NCBI GenBank assembly: GCA_903825575.1
Contig: CAIKAW010000031.1
Location: forward strand, 3,469-67,468
Reading direction: 5' to 3'
Length of the DNA: 64,000 nucleotides
From: an uncultured bacterium
Lineage (GTDB): Bacteria; Actinomycetota; Actinomycetes; S36-B12; CAIKAW01
Of this stretch, positions 59,283 through 64,000 are shown in pieces. Within the stretch, counting starts at the first letter, position 1. Each line of letters starts with the position of its first letter. The notes below the pieces were generated by a model, which was not told the origin of the DNA, did not search any database, and saw only the letters and a program-made list of their open reading frames with translations. Made by a program: the position numbers and the translations under genes.

Positions 59283-60082
59283 GCATGAGTGACCTGCCCA
59301 GCGCAATCGGCCCTACCGCTGAAGAAACGCGGTTGAAATTGGTCGAATTGATCGCAAATGGTTCGCTTAGTGCTGGTCAGCGACTTGGGTCGGAACGTGC
59401 TTTGGCGGCGACCCTTGGGGTAAGCCGATCCACCTTGCGTCAGGCGCTGGCAGTCCTGGAAGACTCAGATGCAGTCCGCCGCATTCCAGGCCGCGGTGGT
59501 GGCACTTTCGTTTCTGCCCAAAAGATCGAACGTGACCTCTCGCGCATTGTGGGCGTTCCGGCATACCTAAGAGACCAGGGGATTACCGCGGGCAGCCGCG
59601 TCATCAGTGCGGCCGTTCTAGCCGCTGATGATGAAACCGCTGCCGCGCTGGGCTTAGCATCTGACGCACTCGTCTACGACATCGTCCGCATCCGTCTTGC
59701 AGATGGGGCGCCAATATCACTCGAACGCGCTCGTTTCCCGGCCGATCGGTTCCCCGGACTGCTTGAACTTCCGTTAGGCGGATCTGTATATGAACTGCTT
59801 GAGCAGGAGTACTCGGTAACACCCCATGAAGCCTTGGAGCGCATCGAAGTGGTGCCAGCTGGCGCCGATGAGGGAAGCATTCTTGGCGTTCCTGCCGGAG
59901 CCCCTTTGCTTTCGGTAACTCGGACGACTGAAGACGCAGCCGGGGCAAGAATTGAGTTCTCACATGATCTGTTTCGAGCAGATCGCACGCGAATCGTAGT
60001 TCGCACCCCCGGACGAGCAGGGGTAACTGGATCAGCGCGTACGCGGGGAAACATAATCGAATTGCGCGCCAGTTCGCGTTAG
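59279..60082 (+). CDS. GntR-family transcriptional regulator, HutC subfamily (UTRA effector domain)
   Basis: wHTH SERALAATLGVSRSTLRQALAVLEDSDAVRRIPGRGGGTFV plus a C-terminal UTRA-like domain. ATGA overlap with the SDR stop; last gene of the + strand operon. Confidence 0.88.
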   Translation: MSMSDLPSAIGPTAEETRLKLVELIANGSLSAGQRLGSERALAATLGVSRSTLRQALAVLEDSDAVRRIPGRGGGTFVSAQKIERDLSRIVGVPAYLRDQGITAGSRVISAAVLAADDETAAALGLASDALVYDIVRIRLADGAPISLERARFPADRFPGLLELPLGGSVYELLEQEYSVTPHEALERIEVVPAGADEGSILGVPAGAPLLSVTRTTEDAAGARIEFSHDLFRADRTRIVVRTPGRAGVTGSARTRGNIIELRASSR

Positions 60083-60086
60083 GTTT

Positions 60087-61016
60087 CTAGAGATCGCAAT
60101 CGCGGCGTAGCAGTCCATTTGCATCCAACCGGATCGGCATCGAACCTGGCGCAAGCAGCGGTTCATCGTCGCAGAAGTTGAGAACCAAATCGCATTCGAC
60201 GGGGCGCAGAGGCAATTCGAAGGCGAGTACTTCGGCACCGCTATGGCGTGCCAGTTCGCCAATCTCAGTGACTAGCTCTTCGTCACTTGCGCCTACGATC
60301 AGAATTCGTGACCAGGCTAGGGATTTACCGGCTTCGGCCAAGGCTTCGCGGATTTGCTGAAGTAACTCACGACTTCGATTTCGCCTCGCCGCAGCTGCGG
60401 CTTCGATCACTGGAGTACTAACAATGGCGCGGGCTTGCCAACTTAATGCCGCTGCCAGTCCCGGACTCTTCGGGAAGAGATCGAGCAAGGGCAGAATTTC
60501 GGCCGCTGGGACCCGTAGGGCTGCACAAAGCCGACCTATTTCCCACTCTGCTGCCTCGCGGGTAGCGCTCAAGACCGCGGCAGCCATGCCGAGCATTTCT
60601 GCGATTTCAGGGGAACCCACCGGCGCAGGCGACGTTTGTCCTTCGCCGAGCAGAGCCATGGCCCGCCTTGTGCATTCTCGGGTACTTCCCCCGATTGCCG
60701 TAAAGCTTGCGTCGCCAGATTGAGCTGCGACGAAGATGTCAACACCGGGCTTCAGCCCGCGATTGACCAGGGCAGCGGTAACTTGGGAACTGGTTGCGCC
60801 CACGTACGGGGAGTTGGAAACCAAAATCAGTTCACCGATTTGCGCCTGTTCGACGGCCAATGCAGCGGCACCTTGAAAGCCGGAATAGTCCGGCACCCCA
60901 CGGCTGCTTATGGCTGTTTCGACATCAATATGCCGAATCCGCTGAACCCTGAGGTCAATCACGCGCCCGGATTGTTCAGTCGTCGCGCGCGGTTGATCTC
61001 GCGTGGAGCTGCTCAA
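60087..61016 (-). CDS. Hypothetical protein (309 aa), no confident family
   Basis: Long ORF with normal codon usage, convergent with the GntR gene across a 4-nt gap. Faint resemblance to central/C-terminal parts of NAD-dependent dehydrogenases, but no GxGxxG motif. Confidence 0.45.
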   Translation of the reverse strand: MSSSTRDQPRATTEQSGRVIDLRVQRIRHIDVETAISSRGVPDYSGFQGAAALAVEQAQIGELILVSNSPYVGATSSQVTAALVNRGLKPGVDIFVAAQSGDASFTAIGGSTRECTRRAMALLGEGQTSPAPVGSPEIAEMLGMAAAVLSATREAAEWEIGRLCAALRVPAAEILPLLDLFPKSPGLAAALSWQARAIVSTPVIEAAAAARRNRSRELLQQIREALAEAGKSLAWSRILIVGASDEELVTEIGELARHSGAEVLAFELPLRPVECDLVLNFCDDEPLLAPGSMPIRLDANGLLRRDCDL

Positions 61017-61134
61017 GGGTCCTCCTAGTCATCGCTGACTTGAGTATCCCTAGACAGCAACGGACCGCGACTTCATGAGCAGGCTGGGCTAGACCAAACG
61101 GGTGAACACAACTACATACTAGGGGTTCCAATCA

Positions 61135-61162
61135 CTGTATGCACATTATTGATTACATACAG
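61135..61162. promoter_or_regulatory. Inverted repeat CTGTATG-N14-CATACAG in an AT-rich intergenic segment
   Basis: Arms at 61135-61141 and 61156-61162 with an AT-rich centre (cacattattgatta). Located upstream (- strand) of the 309-aa ORF and downstream of etfA. Confidence 0.3.
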
Positions 61163-61170
61163 CAACGAAA

Positions 61171-62133
61171 CTAAATGCCGCGCGCCGTTCTCGTCGCCGC
61201 AACAAGGGCAGGCAAGATCTGGTGCAGATCACCGACGATGGCGTAGTCGGCTACGGCCATGATTGGTGAATCCGGGTCGGTATTTATAGCGACGATTGTT
61301 TTGCTGTTTCGACAGCCGGCCAGGTGTTGGGTCGCACCACTGATTCCGCAGGCGATATACAGATCTGGAGCCACCTTGGTTCCGGTTTGGCCCACCTGTT
61401 CGGCGTGCGGACGCCAGCCCGCACTAGTGACCACCCTGGAACAGCCAACGGTGCCCGCCAGCAGGTGGGCAAGCTCCTCGAGTGGCCCGAAGCCCTCCGC
61501 CCCAACGCCTCGTCCGCCGCTGACGATGACTTTTGCGTCCGCAAGGGACGTGCCGCCCTCTGATTCGGCGATTCTTGACCGGACTTGGCCCGCCAAGTCG
61601 GTATCGGTGAAGTTTGGGAAAAACTCGGTGACCAAGGCCGTCTGATTCATGGCGGCAGCTGGTGGTGCTAGGTGGCTGACAACGCTGCATATGGCAGGGG
61701 AGCCGTGTAATTCGGCCGATTCCATCAAGTTCCCCGCCCAGCGTGCCCGCACCACATGTGTCGGACTGCCCAGCGAGAGACTGGTGCATTCGGTAGCGAC
61801 TGGTAGGCCAAGGATTGCTCCTAGGTGCGCGAGGATTTCGTTGCCCCGCTGACTGCCGATGGCAATGACCGCTGTTGGAGCCAACGTACTCACAAGTTCG
61901 GCGGCAGCTCGACCGCAGGCGGCGGCAGAGTAGTCGTTTAGATCGGGAGCCGTCGCAAGGTAAACGTCGGTGAAACCGAATCTACCCAAGGTGTCGGCAA
62001 CTTCGCGCCCGGAGGCGCCCACCACTAACCCGACCAGCGGTGCTGAGGGATCGACCGAATTTGCAAACGTAATTGCCTGTAACGACAATTCGTCCAAGAC
62101 TCCACGATCCTGATCAACTATTACTAGCAACAT
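61171..62133 (-). CDS. etfA: Electron transfer flavoprotein alpha subunit
   Basis: C-terminal FAD-binding motifs (VVTSAGWRPHAEQVGQTGTKVAPDLYIACGISGATQHLAG, AINTDPDSPI). Confidence 0.92.
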   Translation of the reverse strand: MLLVIVDQDRGVLDELSLQAITFANSVDPSAPLVGLVVGASGREVADTLGRFGFTDVYLATAPDLNDYSAAACGRAAAELVSTLAPTAVIAIGSQRGNEILAHLGAILGLPVATECTSLSLGSPTHVVRARWAGNLMESAELHGSPAICSVVSHLAPPAAAMNQTALVTEFFPNFTDTDLAGQVRSRIAESEGGTSLADAKVIVSGGRGVGAEGFGPLEELAHLLAGTVGCSRVVTSAGWRPHAEQVGQTGTKVAPDLYIACGISGATQHLAGCRNSKTIVAINTDPDSPIMAVADYAIVGDLHQILPALVAATRTARGI

Positions 62134-62135
62134 AT

Positions 62136-62891
62136 TCAGATCACCCCGATCGAACGAAAGACATCAACAAGTGCGCTGATGCCTTCGGGGCCAGATCCAA
62201 GGATCTTCGTTTGCTTCCCCACGGACTCGGGCACGCTGACTGACTGCTTTGCTAACAACGAGAGCGGCCGAGTTGGGGTCGAACGGTGCACCGGCTTCTT
62301 CTTGGCTCGGATTCGACCAGGAACCGACGGATACCGAGGGATGGCAGCGCCGTCCTTGACTGTTGCAACTGCTGGCAGGGAAACCTCGAAGACTTCACGA
62401 ACGCTTCCGGCTGGCCGCTCGCCGACAAGGACGCCGTCGGAGACTTGCACGCCCTTGAGTCCCGAGAGGGTGGGGCGAGATAGAGCGTGCGCAACTCGTA
62501 TCCCGACCTGATTCCCGCTTGCGTCCGCCGACTCATTCCCAAAAAGGATTAAGTCAAACGACTTGCCGCTTTCAGCTATGGCATCGACGATGGCGCCGGC
62601 GGTAGCTTGGGCATCCCATTCCTCTCCATCGGTCACAAGCAGGATGCCTTCGTCGATGCCGACAGCCAGTGCGTCACGAATTTGCTCCTCAGCATCTTCA
62701 ACACCAAGGGAAAGAACCGTGGTGCTTCCGCCGTGTTGTTCGACCAAGCGCACGGCCACTTCTACCGCGCATTCTTCGTGCGGGCTCACGGTGAATCCGA
62801 GCCGGGACGTGTCAATATCGCGTCCATCGGCTGTGAGCGAGAATTTCGCTCCGCTCAGTGGTACCCGCTTGATGCAGACCAGGATCTCCAT
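62136..62891 (-). CDS. etfB: Electron transfer flavoprotein beta subunit
   Basis: MEILVCIKRVP.. N-terminus and ILFGNESADASGNQVG motif. ATGA overlap with the upstream dehydrogenase stop. Confidence 0.92.
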   Translation of the reverse strand: MEILVCIKRVPLSGAKFSLTADGRDIDTSRLGFTVSPHEECAVEVAVRLVEQHGGSTTVLSLGVEDAEEQIRDALAVGIDEGILLVTDGEEWDAQATAGAIVDAIAESGKSFDLILFGNESADASGNQVGIRVAHALSRPTLSGLKGVQVSDGVLVGERPAGSVREVFEVSLPAVATVKDGAAIPRYPSVPGRIRAKKKPVHRSTPTRPLSLLAKQSVSVPESVGKQTKILGSGPEGISALVDVFRSIGVI

Positions 62892-64000
62892 CAGGACATG
62901 ATCCTTAGGTTCTCGGGATCGAATAGCGGCTTTGCACCAACTCCGGCAACAGTCACGGGGTACTGCTCGCCAAGGAACTCCACAAGAAGTTCAGTGCCGA
63001 CCGTTGCGTACTCCGGGGGCAGGTAGGACATAAGTACGTGCTTGCCCAAGGAAGGAGCAGAACCGGCGGAAGTGGCGTAAGACCGACGTCCCTTTGCATC
63101 TTCGATAGGCCCACCGGCCTTCGTAAGAATCGGTTCCCGCCCAAGCATGTAGCGCTTCTGGCCAGACTTGGAGGCGTGGTCATCGACTGTCAGTGAGCAC
63201 AGGGTCGTAATCTGAACTTCATCACGCTGGCGAAGATGAGCTTCCTTGCCGACGAAGTCTGCTGCCTTGACCTTCGCGGTTGTCATACCGGCTTCGACTG
63301 CGTTGTAGTCGGTCTCCAACTCGTTTCCGAAGGCGCGGTAAGACTTCTCCAGGCGCCCGGTGGTGCCGTAGACGCCGATCCCAACCGGCAGCAGCCCATG
63401 CGGCGAGCCTGCTTCGCTGATGACGTCCCACAGCTTCGCGCCCTGTTCGATCGGCACGTATAGCTCCCACCCGAGATCTCCAACGTATGAGATTCGGGAG
63501 GCAAGCACCCGTAGGGAATCAACTTCGATGGTCCGGCAAGTGCCAAATGCAAAGCCGTCATGGGAGACATCGGCAGAGGTGACAGCCGACAAGATCTTGC
63601 GAGCGTTAGGACCCCAAATCCCGAGCGTTGTGTATTTCGACGTCAGGTCCACGATCTGCGCTGTTCCGTCTGCCGGGAGGCGGTCCCGGAACCACTTCTT
63701 GTCTGCCATTCCGTGTGCGCCACCGGTAACCACTCGGAATTGATCGTGGCCCAAACGCATAATCGTGAGGTCAGACTTGAAGCCTCCGCCATTTGCCAAA
63801 ACTGGGGTGTAAACGACTCGGCCCACAGCAACGTCCATCTGGCGAACCGCGACGCGCTGCACCGCCTCTAAGGCACCTGGGCCAATCACATCAAAGAGCG
63901 CAAATGCCGTTAGGTCGACCAGACCCGCCGTCTCACGCATTGCTAGATGCTCGGCATTGATAATCGGGTTCCACCAACGCGATTCCCACTCGGCAGTTCG
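62891..64000 (-). CDS. Dimethylglycine/sarcosine dehydrogenase-family protein, C-terminal aminomethyltransferase (GcvT-like) domain; 5' end beyond the window
   Basis: GcvT-fold motifs (GLVDLTAFALFDVIGPGA, YTPVLANGGGFKSDLTIMRL, GDLGWELYVP). The frame stays open upstream of M63940 to nt 64000 (..RTAEWESRWWNPIINAEHLA). Confidence 0.8.
   Translation of the reverse strand, partial: RTAEWESRWWNPIINAEHLAMRETAGLVDLTAFALFDVIGPGALEAVQRVAVRQMDVAVGRVVYTPVLANGGGFKSDLTIMRLGHDQFRVVTGGAHGMADKKWFRDRLPADGTAQIVDLTSKYTTLGIWGPNARKILSAVTSADVSHDGFAFGTCRTIEVDSLRVLASRISYVGDLGWELYVPIEQGAKLWDVISEAGSPHGLLPVGIGVYGTTGRLEKSYRAFGNELETDYNAVEAGMTTAKVKAADFVGKEAHLRQRDEVQITTLCSLTVDDHASKSGQKRYMLGREPILTKAGGPIEDAKGRRSYATSAGSAPSLGKHVLMSYLPPEYATVGTELLVEFLGEQYPVTVAGVGAKPLFDPENLRIMS

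Overview
High-GC actinobacterial chromosomal DNA; I cannot name the species. I recognised no rRNA, tRNA, CRISPR array, transposase or integrase. From nt 1 to about 44,600 there is a densely packed housekeeping block. Its gene order resembles the mycobacterial uvrA/uvrC-rapZ-whiA-gap-pgk-tpiA-secG-rbpA region. It continues with ctaA plus an ABC-2 exporter, sufR-sufBD-Rieske-sufCSU-sufT, ABC-F, echA, SURF1, moaA, dodecin, tldD/pmbA, fabG-inhA, serB, NfeD/SPFH, uppP and cell-wall hydrolases. Many gene junctions are 1-4 nt ATGA/GTGA overlaps. The one clear anomaly in this block is that yvcK/cuvA is missing between rapZ and whiA. From about 44,600 to 60,100 there is an accessory bacterial microcompartment (BMC) super-locus organised around a 275-bp divergent control region. 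On the + strand the genes are: class-III aminotransferase-fold enzyme, CoA-acylating aldehyde dehydrogenase with a C-terminal encapsulation-peptide-like helix, tandem-BMC shell protein, a 152-aa unknown protein with an N-terminal encapsulation-peptide-like helix, BMC-P, BMC-H, a second tandem-BMC protein, APH-type kinase, SDR and a GntR/HutC regulator. This set and order match what I recall of the Rhodococcus/Mycobacterium (RMM, aminoacetone/1-amino-2-propanol) microcompartment. On the - strand the genes are: an APC permease, a terminator-like hairpin, then a translationally coupled operon of formamidase/acetamidase, an orphan GlcG/DUF336 domain, a single-polypeptide fusion of the B12 diol-dehydratase large and medium subunits, the small subunit, and a reactivase alpha subunit with no beta subunit. 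The known amino-alcohol BMC core is therefore joined to an atypical, apparently untargeted B12 dehydratase module that would make the same aldehyde (propionaldehyde). That combination is the most interesting thing in the window. From 60,100 to 64,000 there is an unknown 309-aa protein, etfBA, and the 3' part of a dimethylglycine/sarcosine-dehydrogenase-family gene that runs off the window. All functional calls come from reading motifs in the supplied translations; no database search was possible.
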